DNA of 64,000 bases from Eledone cirrhosa (lineage: Eukaryota). Both the position numbers and the translations under genes were made by a program. Shown piece after piece: positions 1 through 13,378 of this stretch; positions within the stretch are counted from its first letter, which is position 1, and each line of letters opens with the position of its first letter. The notes under the pieces are model-generated. The model saw nothing but the letters and a program-made list of their open reading frames with translations, was not told where the DNA came from and did not search any database. The DNA lies in NCBI GenBank assembly GCA_964016885.1, contig OZ024742.1, positions 222,518,001-222,582,000 of the forward strand, written 5' to 3'.

Positions 1-150
1 AAATTGACTCCAGTATGTTACTGTTACTTTATTTTATCGACCCCGTAAGGATGAAAGGCAAAGTTAACCTCGGCGGGATTTGAACTCAGATCATAAAGGG
101 ACGTAATTCTATGCTTCAAAGCATGGTGTCCGACCCTCTGTCCAATAATA
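1..150 (-). mobile_element. tRNA-derived SINE (family A), partial
   Basis: Reverse complement shows B-box GAGTTCAAATCC followed by the core GCCTTTCATCCTTACGGGGTCGATAAAATAAAGT, shared with many copies in the window. Confidence 0.8.
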
Positions 151-664
151 ATGGCCAATTATCAGAACCAATTACCAATTACCAATTACTTGTCAAAAAA
201 AGCCGATAACAATTAATTGGCAAAATGGGTGATATTGGTGATACTGATTATCTACTGATTAATCAGTGCAACCCTAATGTATAATACAACTTGTGTATAT
301 CACCTCTGTTTCTGAAGCTTAAAAAAAACAGCAATAAACTACATCCTTGTGTATAATACAACACCCTTCCTCTTCCCAACAATACAGCCATATCTATGTG
401 AATATTTTTGTAAACTTGTATCATGTAATCCATCAAAATCTCAATGTCATATATATTTCACTACAACATTCAGTTTCTTATGACATTTTCTAAACAATTG
501 TTATAAACACATATTTGCAATCTTACCATTTGAATTGAGTATTTTTAAATGCAGTAAAACTTGCTGAAAATATATATTTGTGTACAGTATGACTCCTCCC
601 CTTTTATGCCTTTATTTTAGGTCTAATTTCTCATAGAATACATGAGAAAATATATATATATATA

Positions 665-1085
665 GTATGGAAAATGAGAAGTGGATATGTTTAAGAAGCC
701 ATTACAATACAGGTAGGTTTAAAATACCAAGGCAACAACGTCGTCAGAAGGAAATTGAGAGAGGTGGGGTAGAATGCAAAAAGTGGGAGGAGTAGGGAAA
801 ATAAAAGGACATGAATGGCTGATTGTTACCTTAGTAATTTATTAGTCCCAATATTTCGGACTTACCATCCATTATCAAGGGGGGTCCATAGAGGAAAACC
901 TTGATCAATCTGAAATATTGGGACAAATAAATTACTAAAGTCATTCTTGTCCTTTAATTTTCCTCTCATTCTTTGCATTCTACTTCACCTCTCTCAATTC
1001 CCTTCCGATTTTGTTGCTTTTGTAACTCAAACCCACCTACATTGTAATAGCTTCCTAAATATACCCACTTTTCATATTTCATATG
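665..1085. repeat. Imperfect fold-back element next to (TA)n, with a degenerate hammerhead-like motif near the axis
   Basis: TTGAGAGAGGTGGGGTAGAATGCAAA pairs with TTTGCATTCTACTTCACCTCTCTCAA; TTAGTAATTTATTAGTCCCAATATTTC pairs with GAAATATTGGGACAAATAAATTACTAA. Confidence 0.7.
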
Positions 1086-1176
1086 CCACAATGCTTCAAG
1101 CGAACTACAACACCCTCATATATACATATATTCAGCGAGGATCAGGAAAAAATGAAAACCTTTCTTAATTTATATA

Positions 1177-1394
1177 TACAGTGTGTTCATTTTTTACACG
1201 AAGATGTGTTAGTGAACTCAGCATGTAAAGCAAATTTGCGTAATTCAAGTCTAATTTTCTGATAAGTAAAAAGAATTAAAAACCATATGCATTATAGCGC
1301 GTTATTCATGCAAAGTGAATATTTAATAATATTTTTTCAAGAGGCATTAAAGCGAATTCGCGTATTTCAAGTTCACAAAAATGAACAGACTGTA
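1177..1394. mobile_element. Tc1/mariner-type MITE
   Basis: Termini TA-CAGTGTGTTCATTTTT ... AAAAATGAACAGACTG-TA. Confidence 0.55.
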
Positions 1395-2394
1395 TACTGT
1401 CATTATCGCCGTTTTTACATCCACTTTTCCATGCCTGACATGGGTTGACCGGGATTTTTTAAAGTAATGTTTTACTACTGGATGTCCTTCCTGACACCAA
1501 CACTTTTAGTCGCCTCTTATGACACTCATGAATATGATGTATATATATATCTATCCATCCTATTTATTTACTCTCACATACCATCCCAGCCCCTGTTTGT
1601 TTACCATTACTCCCTCACTTTTCTACCCTCTTTCTTCCATAATACTCTCACTCATTTCTCTTCCCCCTCACCCTCATTTTACTGTCATAACTCTCTCCTC
1701 TATCTCTATTCTTTAGATTTGTAAAGAGCATGACAATCTCACAAGTGCTGGTGCCATGATTAAATGCCCCCAGTACACTCTGTAAAGTTGTTGACAATTG
1801 AATAGAGACAGTATAGGGTAGAGAAGACTCTTCAATCTTATTGAGAACATGACAACGTCTCTAGTGCTGGTGCGATGTTGAAATGCACCTGTATGTGGCT
1901 GGAGATCAGAAACTAGGGGGTAACTGGTACTCAAGTTTGGCCAAGCCAAATAGAACAATGTGTGTGTGTGTGTGCATGTGTATTTATATGTATATGTGTA
2001 TATGCACGTATGTGTGTATCAGTGTTGATGTGTATATATATATATTTGGCATTAGAAAGAGCATCCAGGCATAGAAACCAAGCCAAAAATCAGTTCTGTG
2101 TGAGTGAATCACGGTCCCCCGACCTGATCTCTCTCAAAGGCACAGCCGATCTGACCCATGCTAGCTTGGAAGATGGCCGTTAAACGATGATGATGATTAT
2201 ATATATATATATGTATAACAAAAGTAACAAAGATCGCTGGTATAAATACAGCGTGCCCCAGCCAGTGTCGAGCTCATTCAATGAATCTGGCGAATTGCAG
2301 TTATGCAGCTGCAATCAACTGTTCAAAGTGCACACATTTAGTTTACTGTAGACAGTTGGCTGTGTATAGTAGGAGATTGGTGTAAATATATATA

Positions 2395-3235
2395 TATCAG
2401 ATAAGGTGTGGTAAAAACCAGCTAGACCATAACCCACCAGAGTACTTGATACTTGGGGAAGTAGAGTGGGTAATATGAAAAGATTCAGGACCCCTGGTGG
2501 CTGAGCTCCAGCCGTTTTGACAGCTAGATCCAAACTAAAGTGCCGCTTGAATACTGGCGCTTTAGCTCGGATCTAGCTGTCGAAATAGCTGGAGCTCAGC
2601 TATCGGGATAAATGTTTTGATGTTATACTGAAAAAATCCCTCTAGCATTTTCTACTGTATTTTTTCCTTTTTACTACTATTTGTTATATATATATATATA
2701 TATATATTTATTAAAATAACAGATTAAAGTTTAAGCAAAGAATCGCTGCTTTCACCCTTAACGGGATCTTCTGAAACTAACAAAGTCAATCTGTAAACGC
2801 AGAACTGGATATTTCAAAAAAACGTTGCAACCGGAGGAAGACAGGAAGACGATACTTTGGTTCGTGGAAACGTTCGCTGGCAAAGAACGGGAAAAAACGA
2901 ATAATTATTATTACTATATATATATATATAACGAAGGAGTTGTGGTAAGGAACCAGATGGACCATAACGCACCAGAGTACTCAATATTAGGGTAGTAGAG
3001 TGGGTAATAGGAAACGGTATGACCCCAACGGCAGAGCTCAAGCCGTTTCGACGGCTATTTCTGGACTATTGATGTATATATTTGGCATTTGAAAATAGCC
3101 GTTGAAATGGCTTGAACTCTGCCATCGGAGTCATACCTTTTCCTATATATATATATATATATATATATCTATAGGAAAATAGTCAGGACCCCGACAGCTG
3201 AGCTCCAGTCTTTTCGACAGCTAGATCCAAACCAA
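2395..3235. repeat. Cluster of related fold-back repeat fragments separated by (TA)n
   Basis: Hairpins at ~2500-2600 and ~3007-3145; shared block CCAGAGTACT...GTAGAGTGGGTAAT at ~2435 and ~2970; 2712-2875 also matches 62054-62220. Confidence 0.65.
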
Positions 3236-3634
3236 TAGCATCATCATCATCAACATCATCATATTGATGAGTTGGTTTGTTTCTTTGTTGGCAAAAATAA
3301 CTTGCAAGATGTTGTTTCACCTGATCTTATCAGTTGTTGGTTGGAAAATATGTCCATAAATACTGGTTTTCATGCTTGGTTTCATCTCTTTATTGTTATT
3401 TTTGGTTTCTATTTTTTTTCTTCTTTTTGGGGGGGGGACTTTTTATTTGTTATTTTGTTTTAACTTTTATTTATGTTTTTTTTATTAGGGATATTTTTGG
3501 AGGATTGAAAAACATTTGAAATTTCTAAAACCTTTTGTTACTGGTGGAATTTTAAATAATGGTTTAAAAATCAATACTGACTCTGTATTCAACAAAGAAA
3601 CCAAGGCAAAATGGTTCCTATGGTTGTTGTCTGT

Positions 3635-3743
<109 letters not shown>

Positions 3744-4183
3744 GACACATATAGCCCTCTCTTTCTCCCTCTCCCTTTCTCTCTCTCTCTCTTGATATAT
3801 ATATAGCCTTCTCTCTCTTCTCTTTTCTATTATCTCTCTATCACTTCCCCTCGTTATTCATCACCCCCTCTTTTTATCTATCTATCTATCACACCTTCTT
3901 TCTGTCTATCATTCCTTTTGTCTTGCTATCTATCGCTCTTTCCTCTCCACTCTCTCTTTCTTTCTCCTCTCCTTCTTTCCCCTCTCTCTTTCTTTCCCCT
4001 ATCTCTCTTTCTTTCTCCTCTCTCTTTCACTTTCCTCTCCTTTTTCCCTCTTTTTCTCCATCTACCCCATCACTCTCCCCTTTAATCAATTACAGTAGAA
4101 TTACAAAGACATTATAAAATAAACCAATATTGATTCGAAAATCATATTGATCACCTATTTAGCAGTTTACAAGCTGTCAGATC

Positions 4184-4223
<40 letters not shown>

Positions 4224-4291
4224 TTATGTATGTATGTACGTATGTACATATATACATATATATATATATACATATATTTATACATATATAT

Positions 4292-4340
<49 letters not shown>

Positions 4341-5550
4341 GCTATTTCTGATTGATTATATTATATCATCTATATGTGATGATCACTGTATTGAATACTG
4401 GTTTGTAGAGTTGTTGTTATGGTGGTGTTAGTGGAGGTAGTGGTGGTGGTGGTAGGGATGGCAGTGGTGAGTGGGGTGGGTAAATTTGCTGTGAAATACA
4501 AATACATTTGTTTCCAAATTTAAAATTAGTCTGTTGGTGGTGGTGGTGGTATTGTTTTGGGTAGTGTTGTTGTTGTTGTTACTGTTGTCATTAAATTAAA
4601 ATTAAAATTATATATGATTATTGGAGGACGATCCAACTTTGTACATTTGAAAAGAGCTCCTGCGTCCACACCACCACCTCTGCTGCCACTGCGTCCACAC
4701 CACCACCTCTGCTGCCACCATCGCCATTTTAACAATTTCTGATTCGTTGCTCAATAATAATAATAATTACATTTTCTTTTCTGGTAATTTTGATGGTTTT
4801 AATAACAGGAAATAATTGATTTGACATTTTGCCATCGAGAATTCTTTCACACTCACTGGAGTCATCTCTCATCATGTCTTGCATCCTCCTCCTTCTCCTC
4901 ATCATCACCATCATCATCATTATAACTATTGTCGTCATGTCCAGTACAGTTTTAACTCTTTTCATCCTCCTCCTCATCATCATCATCATCATCATCATTT
5001 TACATCTGTATTCTATTCTAGCATGAGGTGGATGGGTCATCATGTTCTAAGACAAGAGGGTCTAAGGATCATGCCTTGCTCCTACATTACATATTTAGCA
5101 TGGCTCCTATGACTGGATGCCCTTCCTAATACCAACCACTATACAGCATGTACTGGATACATGTTATAGTGTTCCTGGCACTACCACTTTACAAAGTGTA
5201 CGAGGTGACACCACCACTATCACTTAATTAGGTGCATTTTGTTATGACACTGGAATTACTACTTTATAGAGTGGGGTTGTGTGCATTTTATCATGACACC
5301 AGCACGACCACATTACAGGATGGGCTGAGTGTACTTTATCATAGCTTCAGTGCCACCATTTTCAAAGTGTGCTGGATGCATTCCAGTGGGGCTTTAACAC
5401 TAGTGTGATTAGTACTCATCCTTTTCCATTTTTAGAGGGTTTTTAAACCCCACTATCAGGCTAAAATATCTTTAGTCAAAAATACAGCGAAAACTTCTAT
5501 TTCTACTAGTGTGATTGTTGGGAGAAAATGGAGCTGTGTGTAACATTTTA

Positions 5551-5766
5551 TTAACTCTTTAGCATTTACATTACCCTATATTTACTATCATATTTTCCCG
5601 GTTAAGGCTTTACCTCACATAATATCGAATCTATGAGATTTTGATATTATTTATTTTGATAACAACACCTTAACATCAGTATAAGCAGCCGGTTACAGCC
5701 AGTTTGAACAGAAATAGGTGAGATAATTTGGGCCGGATACAGCCGGTTTAAATGCTAAAGGGTTAA
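5551..5766 (-). mobile_element. piggyBac-type TTAA MITE (family P)
   Basis: TTAA-CTCTTTAGCATTT ... AAATGCTAAAGGG-TTAA; body matches 9555-9775 in reverse. Confidence 0.75.
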
Positions 5767-6300
5767 TATAATATAAGGAAACAATTGTTATGGCACTGTG
5801 ATACAAATTTCAATAAATATCCTAATGAAATATATTTTTCTATACTTTTAAAAATATTATTTGGTATTGTTAAAATATTTTCATATTACATTCACATATG
5901 AACAAAAGTAATTAGACTGTGGACTTTAATTTCTTATTCAAATGTTAGTAGTATATCTAATAGTGGACAGATTGTTGTGAAAATTTGTAGTATTAAAGTA
6001 AAGAGTTTAATTTTTAATGTGATATAGTTATGTACTTTTCAAGATTGTCTTGCTAATGTGGTACATGGCGTTAAAAGTTAAATTTCATAGACTTTTTTCT
6101 AATTCCTTTGCACAAGTCATGCATATGAATAGCTTTTAACATATTTGTGTAAATTGCTGTTGATTTTGAGTGTTGGCTCACTAGATATATGTGTGTTTGT
6201 ATGTATATGTTAAAACAACAAAATAAACTTATACATAAACATATAAAATATTCCTCTTCCCCACTCTTCCCAACCAAGCTAACAAATATATATATATATC

Positions 6301-6336
<36 letters not shown>

Positions 6337-7053
6337 CATGTGTGTGGTGTATGAAGAAGGGATATTACTGAGCATGTGTAGATGAGTAAGTGTGTGTACT
6401 TATGTGCACATGTTCTACAGATTTGAAGAATGTTGTTTTCAGAAAAAATATTGAAGAACCGATATTTTTATTTTATTTTTCTTATGATCTTTCCTATATT
6501 TTCAAGAAACACAAAAATTTCTCTTTTCCTCCCCATCTCTCCTACATCCCTTCATCCCAATATTCTATATGTAAAGAAGATTATCTCATTCCATAAATCA
6601 TACCTAAAATTACTCTGGCACATCACATTGGTTTCACTCTTTTGTCAGATAAGAGCATTCCACAATTTATATATATATATATAAATGTAAGTATGTATGT
6701 ATGTATACGTATATATGTATACAGACGTACAGTAGTGTGTATATATATACATACATGCACACATATATATATATGCACGTATCGGTTTACCGAACATTTA
6801 TTATAATGCTCGGTTTGTTTGTTTGTAAATAAACAGCCCGAATTACGCCGTACAGTGTTTAGGCAACCACGTCACCTTTTTGTTCAACACTGACAAAGGG
6901 ACAATGTACTAGTTTCAAGCTTATTAGCTATCGTCAGCATTGTATACCCTCCTGCCAGATGGTTGAACGTCTGAAAGTATATACTTTCCTTATGTATATT
7001 AACGGCTGAGCAGCCTAATTTGCATATCGAGTGAGTTCAGACGGCCGGGCATG

Positions 7054-7204
7054 ATAAATGGAATAGAATGAAATGAAATTTCATTTCTCACTCTTAGTAC
7101 GCCACTTACTTAAATGTATGTATGTATACGTACATACATACTTACATTTAAGTAAATGCTGTACTAAGAGTGAGAAATGAAATTTCATTTCATTCTATTC
7201 CATT

Positions 7205-7207
<3 letters not shown>
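7054..7207. repeat. Near-perfect fold-back in (TA)n context
   Basis: ATAAATGGAATAGAATGAAATGAAATTTCATTTCTCACTCTTAGTAC is mirrored by GTACTAAGAGTGAGAAATGAAATTTCATTTCATTCTATTCCATTTAT. Confidence 0.8.
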
Positions 7208-7241
<34 letters not shown>

Positions 7242-7552
7242 ATTATATATGTGTGTGTATATGTATTATATATATGTGTGTGTGTGTATATTATATATAT
7301 AGTGAAAAAAGTGTGGACATTAGAAAACATTCTATACAGATCATGTTATATAAAATGATTTTTAAAAAGGGTTTGAAAAGCACACCTGGTATATATATAT
7401 ATATATAAAGGAACTTTATAGCATGTATAAAAAAATTGATGTTAGCAAAACCTGCTTTCTCCATTTTGGATCATCAAAACATTTGTTATTAGGTTAAATT
7501 GTTTTTTTCATTAAAATTCCTGCATGCTGGGTCACTTCATTTATATACATAC

Positions 7553-8121
7553 AGTGAAGGCTTAGTGATTAGAGCGTCAGACTTGCAATCACAGCGTTTT
7601 GGGTGCGATTCTTGGACCAGGCTTTGCGTTGTGTTCTTAAGAAAGACACTTTATTTCACATTGCTCCAGTTCACTAAGCTGTAGAAATGAATTGCAACAT
7701 CACTGGTGCCAAGCTGTATCGGCCTTAGCCTTTTCCTTGGACATCATCAGCGGTGTGGAGAGGGGAGGCTGGTATGCAGCATGGGTGACTGTTGTCCTTC
7801 CACAAAAAAACCTTGCCCGGACTTATGCCTCGGAAGGAAACTTTCTAGGTGTAAATCCCATGGTCATTCGTGTTGTTTCCTTGAGCAAGACACTTTATTT
7901 CACATTGTTCCAGTTTACTCAGCTGTAGAAATGAGACGATAGGACTGGGGTCCATATCATTCCACTGCAAAGTGGTCATGGAGGTGCCACGGAAAAAAAG
8001 CACCCAGCACTCACTGTAAAATGTGGTTGGTGTTAGGAAGGGCATCCAGCTATAGAAATCAAGCCCGAATCAGTTCCCGTCCCACCCTTGCAAGCAGGGA
8101 AAATGGGACATAAAATGATGA

Positions 8122-8125
<4 letters not shown>
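7553..8125 (+). mobile_element. tRNA-head CORE-like SINE plus a second SINE body with RTE-type tail
   Basis: A-box-like GGCTTAGTGATTAGAGC; CTTGAGCAAGACACTTTATTTCACATTG core; tail GTTAGGAAGGGCATCCAGCT...(ATG)n. Confidence 0.75.
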
Positions 8126-8163
<38 letters not shown>

Positions 8164-8855
8164 TTATTCAAGCGTTGCTGAGAGTTGTGTTTGCATCACC
8201 TCAATCAACAAATTATGATGTAAGCTGAGTGAAGCACTCTACGTTGGTAGTGTGTACCCACCTTCGGTATGGGATCACGTTTGCCATGACATAGTATCAT
8301 TATACAAATAAATGCACATAATTAATTACCCAGTACAATAACGTACCAGTAATGTACTGGGTAGTTGCTGGCTTTATGCCAAAAGTAGAAACATTTATAC
8401 AAATAAATGTTAACACTGGTTTGTGTAATTACGTAATTATTTAATTATGTGTATTTCAGTGACACCAGAGTGTTGCAATATGCAACTACAGCAGGTATGA
8501 CATCATCAGATAGTTACAAACAATTATGTATGCTATTAACTTTCATACAAACCAGTCTTAATGTTTATTTGTGAGTGTGAGTGTGTGTGTGTGTCTGTGT
8601 GTATTATGGTGAAATGAACAGACATGCTTTTTCTCAAAGAATTTTATTTTCATTTCTACCCATGCTCACTCTCTTCTATCTTTAGTTTCTCAATTTTTTT
8701 CCCGATGAAGGACTAACATCTGAAACATTCAGACTTTTCCTACTATATTAAGCGCGAAACTAATATACATCTTCATTGTACTTTATGGTTTTTTTTCCAT
8801 TTACTTTTCACAATTATATATATTTATGTATGTATATATATATATATATATATAA

Positions 8856-9330
8856 AGGTGCAGACCGCTAAAGGTTGATGGAAGCCGTGGAGTGGGGGAG
8901 ACCCAAGAAGGCCTGGAACGAGGTGATAAAAGCGGACCTGCCCAATTGCACCTCTCAATGGCGATGACACAGGAGCCTGACATCACGCAGTAATACAGAA
9001 GACCTGACTTCCCACAGGAACAAGCTGAAGCCAAAGCATATAGGCCCCATCCCCTCCCACTGCAAAGTGGTTGTCAAGGTGTCATGACAAAAAAGCACCC
9101 AGACCACACTGTAAAGTCGATGTGTAGGCACCATGGACAAAAAGCACCCATCACTCACTGTAAATGAGGTTGGTGTTAGGAAGGGCATCCAGCTGTAGAA
9201 ATCAAGCCAAAATCAGTTCCCGTATGAGCAAGACAAGGTCAGCCGACCTAACATTGCCCACAACAGGACAACCCATCTAACCCATGCTAGCATGGAAGAA
9301 TCAACATAAAACAGTGATGGTGATGATGAT
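8856..9330 (+). mobile_element. RTE LINE 3' fragment and tail
   Basis: Encodes a frameshifted KVDGSRGVG(R)PKKAW-like stretch homologous to the end of the 63148-63927 ORF, followed by the shared 3' tail and (GAT)n. Confidence 0.75.
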
Positions 9331-9550
9331 ATATATAGTTGTGGTTACAAACCCAAGAAAAAAACAATCAACATGTCATGAGGGAGTTGAGTATTTATAT
9401 TAATAGTTTGACTTAACTCTGGACTACCAGTGGTTTCAAGGTGAAAGTATATTTAACCCTTTAGCATTTAAACTGCCCATATCTGGCCACAATTCTCTCA
9501 CCTCTTTCTATTCAAACCGGCTGTAACTGGCCTCTCTTACTGATGTTATA

Positions 9551-9779
9551 TTAACCCTTTAGCATTTAAACCGGCTGTATCCGGCCCAAATTATCTCACC
9601 TATTTCTGTTCAAACTGGCTGTAACCGGCTGCTTATACTGATGTTAAGGTGTTGTTCTCAAAATAAATAATATCAAAATCTCATAGATTCAATATTATGT
9701 GAGATAATTATGTGAAATGAAATGTTTACCATGAAAATATAATAGGAAATGTAGAGTAATTTAAATGCTAAAGGGTTAA
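9551..9779 (+). mobile_element. piggyBac-type TTAA MITE (family P), full length, 221 bp between TTAA sites
   Basis: TTAA-CCCTTTAGCATTTAAA ... TTTAAATGCTAAAGGG-TTAA; a partial copy precedes it at 9452-9550. Confidence 0.8.
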
Positions 9780-10429
9780 ATCATCAGTTCCATTTTGAGC
9801 TGATTTAGATGTGCTTTCATCTTAAAACAGGTGGTTGTTTGGGGTTATGTCAAACTATTAATATAAATATAGATATATTTGTGTCTGCATTCCATAACTC
9901 AGAATTTTTACAGAAAGAGATCGATATATGTATCAGACTTGAAAAAAATATTTGCTGGTATTAATATAATCGACTAAATCCCTTCAAGGTGCCTTGAAAA
10001 AAAGCAGTAAAGCCTGAAAATATTGAATCCTAGACTTCTTTCTGAGCTGCTACGTCAGGGCGAGCTTTCCCTTTTATTTTTCTCAATAAAATAAGTAACA
10101 GCTTATACTGGGGTTAATTCAAACATAAAATCTATCACTGTCTAACTAGCTACTCTACTTTCTGAAATATTGAGTATTTTACTCTGTATCTGTAAGCCTT
10201 GTCATGGACAAAATATATTTTATTTTTAATAATTTTTTGAAAAATGCAGAAATTAAGATGTAATGTTGGCTTAAGACAGTAAAATACCAAAAGAGCAGCA
10301 TTGACACTCAAGTTAAGAATTCATTTTTCTCATTCTTCATTTGTCTTTTTTATTCGTCCAGACATTTAAAATTTTAGTTTTTATATGTTTGTTTTTGTGG
10401 TTTCAACATTTTTCTTAATTTTATTTTAG

Positions 10430-10551
10430 GTTTACACAGAATGAGCTGTGGATAAGCTCTCTTCCCAGATATATTTACCACACTGGAATCACTGCTTTAA
10501 TAAAAAAGGAGTTTATATCATAATTTTCTTCTTTAAAAAATACCATATCAG
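10430..10551 (+). other. Candidate non-coding (5' UTR) exon
   Basis: Polypyrimidine acceptor TTTTATTTTAG and donor CAG|GTAAGA flank non-repetitive sequence; no expression evidence. Confidence 0.25.
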
Positions 10552-10730
10552 GTAAGAAAACTAATTATCCTAACCTTTTCCATAAGAAGGTGTCAAATTA
10601 GCAAAGTCGTTAGGATTTTTAAATATTTGGCTCATTCTTCTCTGGGTTCAAATCCTGTTGAGATCCACTTTGCCTTTTATCCTTTTGGCATGGGTTGACA
10701 CAATTGTTAAAGAGCTGGATAGGATGCTTT

Positions 10731-11127
10731 TAACCCTTTAGTGTTCAAACCGGCCAGAATTCTCTCCCTTTTTCTGTTGAAACTGGCTGTAACTGGTCAC
10801 TCAAACTAATGTTAAGGTATTGTTCTCAAAATAAATACTTTCAAAATCTCATAGATTTGATATTATGTGAGATAAAGCCTTTACCATGAAAATATAATAG
10901 TATATATAAAATAATTGTTTCTACTTTTGGCACAAGGCCAGCAATTACCCAATACATTACTGGTACTTTATTTTATCGACCCCGTAAGGATGAAAGGCAA
11001 AGTTAACCTCGGCGGGATTTGAACTCAGGCCATAAAGGGCCGTAACTCTTTGCTGCAAAGCATGGCGTCCGACCCTCTACCGATACTGCCAATCCACCAT
11101 AAAATAATGTGAATGCTAAAGGGTTAA
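10731..11127 (+). mobile_element. Family P MITE interrupted by a family A SINE (SINE ~10913-11095, minus strand)
   Basis: MITE body 10731-10910, then the SINE, then MITE end GTGAATGCTAAAGGGTTAA. Confidence 0.75.
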
Positions 11128-11334
11128 GAAATCTGATCCAATTTTGTGCCTTCACATCCTGCCTCATTCTACCAGGAGAACAACTGGTAGATAGTATCAA
11201 CAATAGAAAGACCAATGGAAACATTGTTTCCTTGTCTAATCTGATGATTAGCTCTTTTCCCCTCCTTTGCATTTTCTTTTGATACCAAACCACTAGAAAC
11301 TACCACTGATTCTACAATACAAAACTGTTTGTCA

Positions 11335-11559
11335 TAACCCTTTAGCATTTGCATTGCTCTTATATATACTATTATATTTTCACAGTGAAGGCTTTACCTC
11401 ACATAATTATCTCACATAATATCGAATCTATGATTTTGATATTTTTATTTTGACACAATGCCTTAAAGTCGGTATGAGTGGCTGGTTACAGCAGGCTTGA
11501 ACAGAAAGAGGTGAGAGAATACTAGCCAGATATGACCAGTTTAAATGCTAAAAAGTTAA
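11335..11559 (-). mobile_element. Family P MITE
   Basis: TAACCCTTTAGCATTT ... AAATGCTAAAAAGTTAA. Confidence 0.7.
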
Positions 11560-12743
11560 AGTGTTTATAATTATCTAAAAACCGTCCACCATAATTCTGT
11601 TTAACAACTTTTGTTATGTTATTTTAAACACCTCCAAATTCTTCATTATTTTCAAAATAATTTGAAAATCATTGGCAGTGTTTTTAATTAGAAATACGGT
11701 AATGAAAAGGTTAACAAGCTATTGGCATTTTTTCTACTTCTCTCTCTCTCTTTTCACACTGGATTTTTGAAATGAAACATATTATATCATCTTCATTGTT
11801 TTTACAATTCTTATTTTCCTCTGACCCTGCCAAGTACCTCACAACCACTCTGGTGTTTGTGCCATGATAAAATATATCCAGTACATTCTGTAAAGTGTTT
11901 GGCAACATAGACAATATGGGATAGAAAGGGCTCTCTAATCTGGCCAATTACATGACAACCTGTCTAGTGCTGGTGTCATAATATAATGCTCTCGGTATAC
12001 TCTGTAATTTGGTTGGCATTACAGGGCATACATGGAATGTATGAAGCAGATGAGGTTGCTCTGACTCAGCAAGTCTCAGACCCTGTCTATCTATGTAACC
12101 CATGCATGTAAATTGATTATGCTGGTGATGGTAGTGGTGCCTATTTCACTAATTTTCACTTTATTATATCACAAGCAAGTTATTGGGGGCATATTGCTTA
12201 TGTAAGACATAGACAAATGTCACCACTAAGTGGTGTCAAGCGTGAAAATATGTGGGATCAGTCACACACACAAACACAAAAAATGTATATATACCATAAT
12301 TTTTGCTGGTCATATTTTTAAGCACTTTACTGATGTGATTAGTCAATTCAAATAATGTGAAAGTAGGGTTACTAATGGAACTTGACAATATATAATTGAT
12401 TGGTCAGTGGGATGGATGGCTGGTTGGTCAGTTGGTTGGCTAGTTAGTTTGTTGGTTGGTTGGCTGGTCAGTCAGTTGGCTGGCTGGTCGGTTGGTTGGC
12501 TGGTCAGTTGGTAGGTTAGTTGGCTAATTGCTATTGATTTTCGCAATCGGTTACAACTATTTGAAATATCATTTACTCAACTAGACTTCCGCAGATCAAT
12601 CAAAATATCTCACCGTTAAAATTCCTTTTATGACTATATTCTAGTTTCTTTTGATATTTTTTTTTTTTGATTTTTTTAATGTTTTTGTTTGATGTGGCAA
12701 TAATGATCAAAGTGATTCTATTAAACCAACACACACACACACA

Positions 12744-12788
<45 letters not shown>

Positions 12789-13161
12789 CAAACTTACAGT
12801 CCGAAATTATTAGTTCTGAAAATTACTGCAGTGGTTGCTGTTGTGGTGGTGCTGGTGCTGGTGGTCAATCCTGTAGTTGTGATATTGGTTGTGTTGGTTG
12901 TTATTGTTGTGTGGTGGTGGTGGTGGTGGAGGAGGAGGTGGTAATGGTTGTTTAGCCCCAGTGGTTTGAGGAGATTTGGCTATTATTTCAAGCATGTCAA
13001 CTAACCATGTAGAGGCTTTTTCATTGACCCCACACTGCAGAGATTGTTGTGGTAGTGGTTGTATTGGTTATTGTTGTTATTGTGGTGGTTATTGTAGTTG
13101 TTTAGTCCAAGATCAACATTGATTCACCAAATCTCTTGTGAGGAATGTTCCACATAACATA

Positions 13162-13378
13162 TTTAACCCTTTTGCATTTAAATTGGCCATATCTGGCCAG
13201 AATTCTTTCACCTCTTTCTGTTCAAACCGACTATAACCAGCTGCTTATATTTTATGTTAAGATATTGTTCTTAAAATAAATAACATCAAAATCTCATAGA
13301 TTCAATATTATGTGAGATAAAGCCTTTACCGTGAAGATATAATAGAAAATATAATAGTATATATAGAAAAGGGTTAAT
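13162..13378 (+). mobile_element. Family P MITE
   Basis: TTAACCCTTTTGCATTTAAA ... AAAAGGGTTAA with the conserved body. Confidence 0.7.

Noticed and set aside
8459-8494. Possible micro-exon (TTTCAG ... CAG|GTATGA)
   Set aside because: No coding homology; lies within a short inverted-repeat region, and splice motifs alone are insufficient
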